Below are positions 38,941 through 51,796 of a stretch of 64,000 nucleotides of DNA, in pieces. The notes beneath the pieces are model-generated. The model saw only the letters and a list, made by a program, of their open reading frames with translations, was not told where the DNA came from and did not search any database. This stretch comes from Mobula hypostoma (lineage: Eukaryota), in the NCBI RefSeq assembly GCF_963921235.1, contig NC_086109.1, forward strand, positions 20,834,001 to 20,898,000, read 5' to 3'. The translations under genes and the position numbers were made by a program. Within the stretch, counting starts at the first letter, position 1. Every line of letters begins with the position of its first letter.

Positions 38941-40249
38941 GTAACAGCTCATCCATTTCATTTCTACCTGTTCCGTTGTATTGCGTTACCGTGATCACGG
39001 TAACATTGTTGTGTAATGTATCTTCCGGTTGTGTTTCTACTTCACATGTTAAAAAGGTTAAAGTATCGTTTGTTAAGTCTGCGAACAGCTAATAACTTTA
39101 GAAATAGGAGACGGCAGATGTTATAATCCGAAGCCAAAAAATAAAACGCTACTGTTTTGGAGGGAGCATCAAAGGAATCGCCGACCTTTTGGGTTCAGTC
39201 TGCCCCTGTGCCTCCACGGAAGCTACTTGACCCGCTGAGTTCCTCCAGTAATTGTTTCACAAAGATATACATGGTAGCCTATTAGTGCCTGAGCCCGAGA
39301 GGAGAATCATAGCCCCAAAAGAAGCCAGAAGTGCCAATTTAAAAAAAGTAGAGGACGTTAGTAGTATGGTTCGCCTGTAATTAACTGGAATACTGCTGGA
39401 AAGGGGGATTGGAAAGATAGTTCAGAGCGAGAGAAAGACTTTCCCTGCAGGAAATAGAATCCATCAGTTCACTAGTCCTAGAAATGTGGTCTGTTGATGC
39501 TTCACTCCTGATTCTAGAGTGTACAAAAGTAAGAAAGCCTGATTGTAAATTTGGTAAATGTAGCAGTGAAAATGATTTTCCTTTTTTCAAGCTATCAATA
39601 TGGAAAGACAGCAATTAAAATTATCTTTGTTTCCTTCCTTTACCCTCACCCAGCTTCTCTTAACTTTTCCATTTCTGCCTGAGAAGTCTTTGGGACCTTT
39701 GTTCCAACACAAATCCAGGGTGGCCAGTTGATTATGTATTTTCTCTCTCTAAACCTGGTGGCCTCACACCCAAGACATATTTTTGCTTTGCTTTCCATGA
39801 AGCATGTATTAATTTAATAAAAGGGTGCATAAACTTGATGGAGCAGTTAGAGTGTTGTGTTGGATGATGAGAATTGGTTGGATGCTTTTCTAGCACATGT
39901 GGAGTAGGCCAAGGCCTGTGTTGTGAAAAATACAAGACTGAAAGAGACCTTTCAGCACTTTGAATCTAGAACCCTTTATTTCCACTAAAGTGCATCCTGC
40001 TTAATTCAACTGATCCCATTTCTTCACTGTTTTTTCCTGTATCCCTGTAGCTTAATTCTATGGTTTTATCCTTGTAAAGGCTGCTCTTCTGTCAGAGTCC
40101 CTTGGAGGTTGGGAATGACTTACAGTTCCGTGAGTTTTGAAGTGGCTGATGCTTTGTCATTGTGGCGTCGACAGAGAGTGTCTGGTGTAACAGATGTATC
40201 TTAGTGTGGGAAGTTGTTTGTTTTTAATTTTCATGGCACCCAAATAAAG

Positions 40250-42065
40250 AATTAAGATAAGACTATAAGGCGTAGGAGCAAGATTAGGGCATTTGGCCCA
40301 GCAAATCTGCTCTGCCATTTCATCATTGCTGATCCATTTTCCCTCTCAGACCCACTTTCATGCCTCCTCACCCCCTTCATGCCCTGACTAATCAAGTACC
40401 TATCAACCTCTGCCTTAAATATATATAAATACTGGGATTCCACAGCTGCCTGTGGCAAAGAATTCCACAGATTTGCCGCTTTCTGACTAAAGAAATCCCT
40501 TCTCTTCTCCATTCTAAAAGGACAGCTGTCTATTCTGAGGATGAGTTGTCTGGCTTTAGACTCTCCCACCGCAGAAGACATCCTCACCACATCCTCTCTA
40601 TCAAGTCCTTTCACCATTTGATAGGTCACCCCTCATTCTTCTGAATTCTAGTGAATACAGGCCCAGAGCCATCAAATGCTCTTCATCTGACAAACCATTC
40701 AATCCTGGAGTCATTTTTGTGAACCTCCTTTGCACCCTCTCCAGTTTCAGCAAGTCCTTTCTAAGATAAGGGGCCCAAAGCTGCTCACAGTACTCTAAAT
40801 GAGGCCAGACCAGTGCTTTATAAAGTCTCAATATTACATCCTTGCTTTTATATCGTAATCCTCTCGAAATGAATGCTAACATTGCATTTGCCTTCCTCAC
40901 CACAGACTTAACCTGTATATTAACCTATAGGGAATCCTGCACAAGGACTCCCCAGTCCCTTTGTTTACTCTTTCCATCTGCCACTTTTTTGTCCATTTTC
41001 CTAATCTAAGTCCCTCTGTAGCTCCTCTACTTCCTCAAAACTACCTGTCCCTCCACCGATCTTCATATTGTCTGCAAACTTTGCAACAAAACCATCAATT
41101 CCATCATCCAAATCATTGGCATGTAATGTAAAATGAAGTGGTCCCAACACAGACCCCTGTGGAACACTACTAATGACCGGCAGCCAGCCAGAAAAAAATT
41201 CCTCTAATCCCACTCTTTGCCTCCTGCCAATCAGCCACTGTTTTATCCGGGCTGGAATCTTTCCTGTAATACCATGGGCTTGTAACTTTTTAAGTAGCCT
41301 CATGTATGGCACCTTGTCAAGGGCTTTTTGAAAATCCAAGTACACAACATCAACTGCTTCTCCGTTTGTCCATTCTGCTTGTTATTTCTTCAACAAATTC
41401 CAACAGATTTGTCAGGCAAGATTTTCCCTTGTGGAAGCCATGCTGACTATGGCCTATTTTATCATGTGCCTCCAAGTACCCTGAAACCACATCAACTCCC
41501 AACTTCTTCCCAACCCCAAACATCAGACTAACTGGCCTATAATTTCCTTTCTTCTGCCTCTCTCCCTTTTTTGAAGAGTACAGTGATATTTGCAATTTTC
41601 CTGTCTTCCAGAATAATTTTAGCATCTAGAGATTCTTGAAGGATCATTACTCATGCTTCCACAATCTCTTGAGCCTCTTCTTCTAGAACCCTGGGGTGCA
41701 GGCCATCAGGTCCAGGTGACTTATCTATCTTCAGACCTTTCAGTTTCCCAAGAAACTTTTCCCTGGAAATGGTAACTCCACACACTTCATGACCCCCCGT
41801 ACCGCTCGTGTCTTCCACAGTGAAGAGTGATGCAAAATATTTATACAGTTCATCTGCCATTTCCTTGTTCCCCATTGCTGCCTCTCCAGCATCATTTTCC
41901 AGCAGTCCAATATCCACTCTCGTCTCTGTTTTTCACACTTTATGTATCGGAAGAAACTTCTGGGATCCTCTTTAATATTATTGGCTAGCTTACTTTCATA
42001 TCCCATCTTTTCCTTAATGACTTTTTCAGCTGCCTTCTATTGGTTTTTCAAAGCTTCCCAATCCT
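40250..42065 (-). mobile_element. CR1 LINE 3' 1.8 kb in MOV10 intron 1
   Basis: KSPGPDGLHPRVL, YLDFQKA.DKVP, VPQGSVLGP, KFADN, CR1 tail. Confidence 0.9.
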
Positions 42066-43024
42066 GGAACTATTTTGGTAAATCTTTGCAATTAAAAAAA
42101 AACTTGCATCCTTGATATTTCATGTTCTTTACTGGAACTATTTTGTTAAATGTCTGCATCCTAACCCTAGCCCTAATGCATTTTATATCCTTGAGATCTG
42201 GTACTCTGAAAGGTTTATCTTGGTTCTCTCATTACTGGAAACATTTTGTTAAATCTCTGCATTTTAAAAAATAAAGTTTGCATCCTCGATTTGATTTCCT
42301 GAAAACAATACCTTTGTCTATTGGGAGCTTATGTAGGGTCTATCCTTAAGAGTTTATAAATATATTTAAAGTTCACCATTCCAGATAATACAGTATTTGT
42401 TATCAATAACTTATTCATTAGAAAAGGCATTCATTTTCCAATTTGTATCAGAATTGCCAGCTTGCAAAATTTCAATGTCAGGCAGTGTATACCAGTTCTT
42501 TGGTCTGGAAGATGGAAGATGTACTCGTATGTTTTCTGTTAATCTGAGTAACCACAAGCAAGCATCCAGTTATTTACAAGCATCTTGTTCATAAGCAGAT
42601 AATCAAATAGATGTTTAGAATCGCATTTACATTGCATCATAGAAATGGGCTCAAGCAGTCAGCACTCTTGTTCATCCATGATCCACGTAATCAGTAGTTC
42701 AAATTCCAAGTACCTGCCCAGTACCCATATCTCTGATCTATTAATCATTGCAGCTGCACCCGTCACTCTCAGGAAGTTGGTTTCTGTAGCATTTTTGTGT
42801 AACCTCAAGATATATTAAAGTATTCTTCAACAAATTAAGCATTTATTTTAAGAGCTTCATTTTCCTCCTTTTGGTTCTAAACATTGCCAGCACTGGCTTT
42901 TATTGAATCATGGGATAGTAGAGCACAGAAACAGACGCCCCACCCTACCATAAACATATTAACCATTATACTTCTCTGTAGTTTGTCCCAATTTGCCCTT
43001 GAGAAGGCGGTGCCATCTGTCTGC

Positions 43025-43250
43025 TATTCCCGCCACTGCCTGTAAAAAGTTTGTATGTTCTACCCCTGACCGCGTGGGTTTCCTCCGGGTGCTCCAGTTA
43101 CCTCCCACAGTCCAAAGACGTACTGGTTGGTAGGTTAATTGGTCGTTGTAAATTGTCCCGTGATTAGACTAGGATTAAGTCAGGGGGCTGTTGGGTGGCA
43201 CATTTCGAAGGCTTGGAAGGGCCATTTCTGCACTGTATCTCAACGAAAAG
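43025..43250 (+). mobile_element. V-SINE (HE1-like), 5'-truncated
   Basis: V domain GCGTGGGTTTCCTCCGGGTGCTCC...CCCACAGTCCAAAGAC. Confidence 0.7.
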
Positions 43251-45566
43251 ATAAATGTGCTATGCCCTTTCCGGTGAATGTATGTCCACCTCCCGGTTGG
43301 GTTGGGAGTGCTATGATGTGGACTCAGTGATATGTTTCTAAGTCAAAATGGATGCAACACGGAGGCGAACCTGTGGTGGTGGTTTTCCCCGGCTACTGTA
43401 GTCACAGTTATAATGAAAAAACAGCAAACCCTCCTTTTCAAAACAACACCCACAGGCGGCAAAGTAATCTGCTTGAAGTTAAGTTGGTTGAGGAAACCAG
43501 GGAGATATCTTGTTTGAAATTATGTAATGGGATCTTTACAGCTGGTGAACATTGGTCACCTCATTTCACAAATCTTTTTCTGAATGGCACAAAAAAGATT
43601 TACCTTTCAGAGACTTTCAGTTAAGCTTGTATGGTGCCTTTTGCTTCATAGCAGCATGCCTAATATAAGTTAGTTTGTGGTTAAGTTGTTGAAATGGTGG
43701 AACAGTATCTCTTTTCCTTTCTCTGCTCCAGGTTCCAGCATATGCAATCTCTTGTGTGTCTAACCTGCCTTTGCTCTTATAGCTTATTTACCTTTCCTAA
43801 ATATGAGAGTAAACACTTGTTATAATGGGAAAACTGAGAAAGGAGCTTAAGAGGGATTCATATCAAGATTTAGAGAATGACGGTTTTGACGGCGTATCAA
43901 GGGGAAAATGTGTTGCCAATTAACTACTGAGAAGGTAGATGCCACAAGCCTTTATTCAATCTTTGCAAACGTACAGGGGAAAAAAGTCCGTTGAGAATAT
44001 CCAAATATTGAATTGCAGTCAGAAGCAGAAAATAATTGACATTCAATCAGAAAAAACTATGGTCATTCTTAGAGAAAAGTGTGGGTCTGAGATACGAGGT
44101 CCCTCCTCCTACATATTCCTCATCCGCCCATCACCCACACACTCCCAATTTCACCCTGCCCCCTCTGTCTCACCACCTCTGCCATCACCACTGTTCCCAT
44201 CTGCCCTGCTCATCTCCTTATTTGGTTCTATGCACCACCTTCCTGTCCAATCAGATTCTATCACCTGCTTCCCTTTGTTGCTTCCTGGCTATGCCACTCA
44301 CCTCCACCAGCATCCATCAATCACTTATTACTCCACCCCTTTCCCTCAGCCTTTTTGACCTGGCTATCTCTACTGCCATCACCCTTTCAGTACTGGCATT
44401 GATATAGGCCCTTCAGTGCATCTAGTCCATCCCATGCTGAGTTGTTATTCTGCTAGTCTCAACAACCTGCACCTGGTCCATAACCCTCCATACCCCTCGC
44501 ATCCGTGTACTTAACCAAACTTCTATTAAGTCTTCAATCAAAGCTGCATCTACCTTGCAGCTTGCTCTGCGTTCTCACCACGCTCTGCGTGAAGAAGTTT
44601 GCCCTCAGCATCCCCTTAAATATAACACCTTTCACCTGTATCCGATGACCTCTAGTTCTACTCTCACCCAACCATGCAGGAAAAGGCTTTGTGTGCCTCC
44701 ATCAAATCGCTCGTTCTCCTACACTTGCGGGGGGGGGGGGAGGGGTGGGCGGGGGTGAAGAAAAGTCCTGCCCTAGTCAACTTTTCCGTATAACTCAGAT
44801 CCTCAAATCCTGGCAACAGTCTTGTAAACTTTCTCTTGAGTTTTTAAGGATGAAGTTCAAAGTAAATTTATTATCAAAGTACACATATACTACCCTGAGA
44901 TTAATTTTCTTATAGGAATAATAAAAAAAATAATAGAAACTACAAAAAGTATATATAAACAACAACGAACAAATAAGGGTTTCAACCAAAAACATTGATT
45001 GTCCATTTTCCTCAACAGACGCTGAGTATCTCTGGCAGTTTCTGTTTGGCCCTTCTTGATGTTGACCTTAATTTCTCAGTGGTGCAAAATACTCTCATTT
45101 CCACAGCCTTTAGGGGGGAAAAAAAATCACAGCCTACGTCTTAAAACCCCTCCACCAACTCTCCCTGTTAAATAAACACAAAGTGCCTTTCTTATGTTAA
45201 CTAGTGCATTTAGTGATGTCAGAATGGGGTGTTGAAGTTCTTTCATTGTTCAGTTATTGCTGAGTTAAGTTGAATTCAATGGTAACTGTATATTTATGCT
45301 TAGTAATTAAATTGCATTTAGTATTTGAAACGATCCCCACTGTATTGGGGAGGATTCCTAGTGCTGTTTGGAACTAATTTTAATTATGTTTTTCTTTGTG
45401 CAACAGCAGAGTTGAGCAGGCTGTTAATCTTGTGTGCATTGGATCTTCTCGATTTCCTGCCACCATTACCCAGACCCCTCCCTACCCTTTTGTTTCAGTC
45501 AACTGATTCCTCCCCATCGCCGCAACTGAATTTGATATTTCTTTTCCATTTATCTCTCTTTTCCAG

Positions 45567-45666
45567 AGATGGTGTTTTGAGTGTCAACTTCTCCAGTGTA
45601 ATTTATTCTCTAGCGAAATCAGGCAAGGCCCGAGTGAGTGACAGTAAGATTTTCTTTTCCTCTCAG
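45567..45666 (+). CDS. MOV10: MOV10 coding exon 2 (DGVLSVNFSSVIYSLAKSGKARVSDSKIFFSSQ)
   Basis: Polypyrimidine tract + ttccAG acceptor, CAG|GTATTG donor, 100 nt, phase 2 in and phase 0 out. FSS..Y motif. Confidence 0.82.
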
Positions 45667-46204
45667 GTATTGTATTGTTTGTTTCTTTTTAAAACTACTT
45701 TATTTCGATTTTCCCCATCCAGCTGTTGACACCTTCCCTCTGGAGACTGGTTTGGAGTCTCCAGGAATTAAAGGGTAACCTCCAGGAGTGGTCAAATCCA
45801 TGAGAAAAATTAGAGAATAATTAAATGATATTGTGTTGTTTTTTTATTGAGATATTTTTCAACAGCTAATGTGGTAGTTCGAGACGCAATAATTGCTCAC
45901 CTTCCACTTGCCTGAAGCAAGGAGGAACAATAACAATGGGCGAGCACTTTGGTGTGGTAGGTATGAGGGTAATTAGAATGAGACACCTGTTAGTCTCCAG
46001 GAATATACGCAGTTGGAGTCCTGCTGCGAAACATTAAATTCTAGTCACGCAAGTCAGGATAAGAAACCTGATTTTAATTCTCGTTGACTAATCATTTGAA
46101 TGTTAGTCATCAGTTTTACCACACTTGAGTGCTCCCCAGATCTTTGTTAATGAGATTGCTCCTGCACTGAAAGAAATCCTCCTCGATGTGAGGTTATTGC
46201 TCAC

Positions 46205-46475
46205 GGGGGCGGCACGGTAGTGTAGTGGTTAGCACAATGCTTTACGGTACAGGCGACCCAGGTTCGATTCCCACCGCTGCCTGCAAGGAGTTTGTATGCT
46301 CTCCCCGTGACCGTGTGGGTTTCCTCTGGGTACTCCAGTTTTCTTCCACAGTCCAAAGATGTACTGGTTTGTAGGCTAATTGGTCGTTGAGTTGTCCCGT
46401 GATTAGGCTAGGATTAAATTGGGGATTGCTGGGCAGCATGGCTAGAAAGGCCTATTCGATGTTGTATGTTAATGT
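46205..46475 (+). mobile_element. V-SINE (HE1-like), full length
   Basis: A box TAGTGTAGTGG, B box GGTTCGATTCC, V domain. Confidence 0.8.
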
Positions 46476-47644
46476 AAAAAAGACCAGAACCATTTGTTAA
46501 TTCCTATATGTTGAAGGTTGATGGTGGACTGCCTTTGAAACTGCTCTGGTTCTATGTTTTCGAGTGGCTACACCCAATGTCTAATCTTTACTGCGTAACC
46601 TTGCACCCTGAGGACTGTCTTGAACTGGGTTGATGGAATTCAGTCACTTGAAAAGGCATTTAAGAATCTTTAGGCCAGACATTATAAGGATTGTTATTTT
46701 CTCCTAAAGAAAGATAATGAAATGCTTGTTCTTCATAATAATCATGCTTCAAGGTCAGTTTTACAGATACTAGTTTCTGTTTAAAATTCTAAAGCTGTGT
46801 AGTCTGGGATTTTTTTTAAAGTGTCGATTCTGAGCTGGTTGGTCCTGATAGAGGGAGAAATCAAGAGCCTGTCTTGATTAGCAAGGACAGAGCTTTGTCA
46901 GTTGAAAGCCAACTGGGTGCAGCACAAATTTGGCCGGTTTCATGGGAAGCTTAGCATCACCAGCATCTGGAAATGAGTAAGAGATACGAGTCTCACCACT
47001 ATTTGTGTCTCAAAGAATTTCCCCTGAAACCTAGTGTAATTAAATTTAAGCTACAGCATGGAGAGACAAGAGACAGCAGATTTTGTCAATCTACTGCAAA
47101 AATGAAGCTGCTGGAGGATATCCAGCTGCCAGCAGTATGTGAGGGCTGTTAACGCGATTTGGGATTTCCGAGGATCCCAGCTCTTTTGAAAGGTGCTATA
47201 CAAAGTTGAGGAATCAGTAACAGTTTGTTTGCTTGTGCAATTGATTTTGGTGTTCCAGTCAGCAAATTCAGCTGCCCCTGACCTGCTGATTTTCCTCCAG
47301 CTGTTTTTGTTTAAATCTTCAGCATGCTTGCATGAGGCAATGGACAAAATATCCAAATCAAATGATGCCTTTCAAAAGGAACCTTAAGGGGTAATGATCT
47401 GCCCTTGCTGCCACGGATCTTATCCCAGGTAATAATGGCTGCTTCAGCAATGTTACGAGAGTTGACTTGGAATGACGTTAGAGTGAATTGAAAGATAGGT
47501 CAGTGCTGCACCCAAGGGGGCTGATTGATGAAGGGAGTAAATACTTGAATGGAGGATAGATAACAGTCTGGCATTGGAGAGTTGCTGGAACTGCAGTCAT
47601 CTCGACAAATGGAAAATATGCTCTTATACTCCTGACTTGTCAGC

Positions 47645-48020
47645 CAACCTACCAAATGTTGAAAGGACTAGATAGCGTGGATGTGGACAGGATGTTTCCT
47701 TTGGTGGGGGTCCAGAACTAGAAGGCACAGCCTCAAATTGAGGGGCGACCCTTTAGAACAGAGGTAAGGAGGAATTTTTTTAGCCAGAGAGTAGTGAATC
47801 CGTGGAATGCTCTGCCACAGACTGAAGTGGAGGACAGGTCCATGGGTATATTTAAGGCAGAAGTTGATTGTTTCCTGATCGGTCAGGGCATCAAAGAAAA
47901 TGGCGAGAAGGCAGGTGTATGGAGTTGAGTGGGATCCGGGATCAGCCATGATGGAATGGCAGAGCAGACTTGATGGGCTGAATGGCCTAATTCTGCTCCT
48001 ATGTCTTATGGTCTTATGGC
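47645..48020 (+). mobile_element. CR1 3' end in intron 2
   Basis: ORF2 terminus, 3' UTR and (TCTTATGG)n tail. Confidence 0.85.
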
Positions 48021-49831
48021 CTAATGAATGGGAAATGAAGCATACCCTGGCCAGCTTGTCTCTTTGACCGGTGATGTCCACCCCTCTGAAGATCATGGGA
48101 GATTTAATGGTAACAATAGGTTTAATACCTAGGGGAGTCATCCTTACTGAAAGTTCATGGCTGGTCCTTCAGTGGGAAATACCATTCACGTCAACTAAGC
48201 AAGGTGTATTCCAGAAGTGAAATACAAGATCAACTGGAAACTTAAACATTATGGTTCTTGAGCAACCTAATCAGCTGGATGTGTTTCCAAATTGTGTTGA
48301 CCTTTTGTGGTTAGATTGACTCAGCAACATATAAGCTACTTCCTCCTTTTTTGCTTCAAGGTTGCTATCCTGTTTTTTAGCTGCTTTTTTAAGCAAGGCC
48401 AATAACTAACAGCATCATGAAAAATGTTCTTATCATCACCCTTCATTTGCAAAGATACCAGAATGGTGGTTGAGATGACTAAATATAAATTCCTGGCTTC
48501 CATCTGGATTTTTCTTTGAGTGCCTTGGTATTCTGCAGTTGAGTCATTTTTCCTGGTGACATGATGTGATCATACTGCTGTCTCAGTCATCAGCCTTGAC
48601 TTTGAGTCTTGCTGCATAAGTTGAGCAAACAAGGTGTTTGTCTTCAGCTGCCATGTATGGTACACCACTCCCTGGAAGTATTGAATCAATGAACTATTTG
48701 CAAACCAGAGTGCGAGTTTTAAAATGGAGCCTCTGCTGGGTTCAGAAGCACTGGAGGCACTGACGGAATGGCCACAGTGTCCAAATTCATTTTGTACATT
48801 TTGAAAGTCAACTTTAAAGTTTATGGTATTTTAAGCCAACTACAATTATTATTTTTCTTGTGATTCATAGTCATTAACTTTATATACTTTGGTGTGCTTG
48901 ATCTCAGAACCTCTTCTGCCTTATCCTGCAGACTTGTTGATACAGGTCTGTTGACAGATGTACAGTGACTTCCTGCAGCTCTCATGTTGGCATTGGTGTT
49001 GAATTATGGACTATACCTTTGTCTTCAACGTTGCAGTAGGATTGACAGTCAGGGACTTTGCAGGCTGCCTCTTCCACTTGACTTTCCCCTTCTCCCCTAG
49101 GGCAAAGGCACTGGGTGTTGGAAGTGGACTATTGTAAAAAGCTTGCTGGAACTAGCAATGGATCCTTGGAGTTTGTTAGTCTGCAGGCCTCAAAGTCTGA
49201 TCATAACTGAATGATTGGTGGAGAATAAAGTGGGGTGAGTGTAAATGTGGTGGAATTGTCACCATGGATTTAATCACCCAAAGATCTGTGACTGTTTGAT
49301 AAACTAGTCTATGAATAATGAAGTCCCAGGATTTTGAAACTTGTAATCACCTCTAGGCCACTGTTAAGTAGACAATGACCACACCCACACCATTCTGAGT
49401 TCCTTAGCAAGGGAGGAGCACTATTTATCAAAGATGTAATTGATATTTCCATTTTCCATTGAAATAGTTTACATATGGCAGCAAATATGGGCCATATATT
49501 ATCTGGTAAGTCTCTTGTCTGTTCAGGTCAGAATCAGAATCAGGTTCATTAGAATTAATATTAAATTCTTAAATTTAATATTAAATATTTAATATTAAAT
49601 CATTTTTTAAAGAAGCTGTTCCTTAATCGCTGAGTGTGTGCCTTCAGGCTTCTGTACCTCCTACCTGATGGTAACAGTGAGACAAGGGGATGCCCTGGGT
49701 GCTGGAGGTCCTTAATAATCCAGTACCTCTTGAAGGCAGTCTATTATCAGCATCCATGATGCCAATTTGTAGTGCTTGTCGCTCCTCTCTTGAAAGAACT
49801 GCTTAACCTCTCACGTTTCCTTTATTCCCAG

Positions 49832-49977
49832 AGGCGAAAACTGGTGTATGCTGACCAGTATTATCATCCGTCCAACTCCGCCAGCAACTTGGCATCAGCG
49901 CAGTCTCCATCCTTACCCGCTGATCAAGGGAAGAGGGGCCGTGCCAGAAAAATCATTCGTCAGCTGAAAAATAACAG
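49832..49977 (+). CDS. MOV10: MOV10 coding exon 3 (RRKLVYADQY...ARKIIRQLKNNR)
   Basis: tttattcccAG acceptor, CAG|GTAAAG donor, 146 nt open, phases bridge exons 2 and 4. Confidence 0.78.
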
Positions 49978-51044
49978 GTAAAGCTCGGACTTTCCCAAGC
50001 AATGAAATCCCAGCAGTTGCTCTTGATCTTCAAGGTACTGTAACCCTCGTAGTTTCTTCCCGTGTCGTTTTTTTCCCAAAATGCTATAGGATAGTGTGAT
50101 GCAGCAAACCATATGAACCAATAGAATGACACTGATGAACTAAACCAATCAGAAAACACTGGAAATATGCGGCAGGTCATGCGTATCTGTGGGGAAAAAG
50201 AAATTGTCCATGTTTTGGGTCTGACTCTGATCAGAGTATTTTTAGCATTTTCAGAATTCCAGACACTGCTGTTTTTTTTTTTGATTTTTCACATATCATG
50301 GTCAATCCCATTCTGTCTTCATCAGACAGCCACCCTCACTGTTGAGGCATGTTGGAATCACTTGGCCTTAAGAGGACGCGGGGTAGGAGCTGAGGGGAGG
50401 GAAGGGGTAGAAATAGGGGCCTGAATGGGAGAAAAAGGCTATTTGTATCTGGCAATTTTCACCCTGAAGATGGAACTTGAGAGAACAAGAATTGTTTGGA
50501 TGGGGGTGTGGGGTGGGATGTAGTTTCATCAATTACTCACTCCAACCGGCTCCAAGTACTTTTTTAGTGGAATGTGATTAATTAGGCTAATTGTTTTCCA
50601 TCAGTTACTCTATAACTAATCAGAAGATGAGGCAAAATCAAGCTGAAGGACAGGTTTGAGAACCCTGGGTCCAGTCACCTACTGCCTTGGCTTGGAGTCA
50701 CAACAATCTTAGATTTCAAAATGGACGTCTCAAAGAAATCCATCTTGTATGAGTTGGAAAGAATCAACATTTTCATCCATCACTCTGCCAAAGCTGTTCC
50801 ATAGATTGGATGGTCTTTGGATGGCGACATTACCATAAGCAGTTTTGATTTCATAAAGTTTGTTATTTATTACCATGGCAATGATCTCTGTCCTCTGCTA
50901 TGGTGTGAGGAGCTTCTCCCAAGTTGCCCAGTGGTTGAGATGACTGAAAAGCCAAGGGTCCGTCTTGTAGCAGCCTGGAGCTGGAATGTCGCAGGAGAAG
51001 GGAGGGGTTGTAGGAGGTGGACTGTCTGAGCTGCTCATGTTCGG

Positions 51045-51320
51045 GCACCTCAGTAGCACAGTGGTTATTGCGATGCTATTACAGCTCAGGTAATCGGAGT
51101 TCCGAGTTCAGTCCCGGCATCCTCTGTAAGGAGTCTGTATGCCTTCCCCATGAAATGCATAGTTTTTCTCTGGGTCCTCCATTTACCTCGCACAGTCCAA
51201 AGACATATTGGATAGGTCATTGGTTATTGTAAATTGTCCCGTTAATTTGGGGTTGATGGCCGCTGTGGCTCGAAGGTCTGGAAGGGCCTACTCCTACGCT
51301 GCATTTCTAAATAAATAAAT
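51045..51320 (+). mobile_element. V-SINE (HE1-like) ending 24 nt before the exon 4 acceptor
   Basis: Decayed tRNA head, V domain, (TAAA)n tail. Confidence 0.65.
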
Positions 51321-51344
51321 GCTAGCTGTGGTTGTATCTTTTAG

Positions 51345-51583
51345 GAATGAGTTGATCCAGAATAAAAATGGCATAAAGGTAGAATCAACCTGGGACACTG
51401 ATGGAGGGAAAATCCAAGTGCTCGTTAGTCCCAACCAGCTGAGTACTGTTTCAATCGATGTGGTGAACGAGGGCACAGAATCAGTGACCTTTTTAAGATG
51501 CGAGATGCTCCGCCGGTTCCACATGTTCACCTTGAGGGATGAGAAGAACGTGACCCATTCCCAATCTTTTCAGCTGGAAGCAG
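51345..51583 (+). CDS. MOV10: MOV10 coding exon 4 (NELIQNKNGIKV...NEGTESVTF...QLEA)
   Basis: tcttttAG acceptor, CAG|GTGAGA donor, 239 nt. Similar to MOV10 KHGVDV...NGGTQSVTL. Confidence 0.9.
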
Positions 51584-51796
51584 GTGAGATGCACACTTTC
51601 CTTTACCCACTTCCTGTCAGTTTTCTGATCATTCTCGGGATATTCTCTGCTATTTGCATTGCGTGACCACCCTTGGAGTAAGTGATTGTAGGCAGCCTTT
51701 GTGTGAATAGAAGGCCCAAAAGCAATTGATTTCCCATATTTTTGAAGCTGATCCTATTTACCAAGGAAGCGATACAAATGTGGATCTCGGCGATCC

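Noticed and set aside
46205..46285. tRNA gene
   Set aside because: A and B boxes run into a V-SINE body with no convincing cloverleaf. The same applies to 23770-23844.
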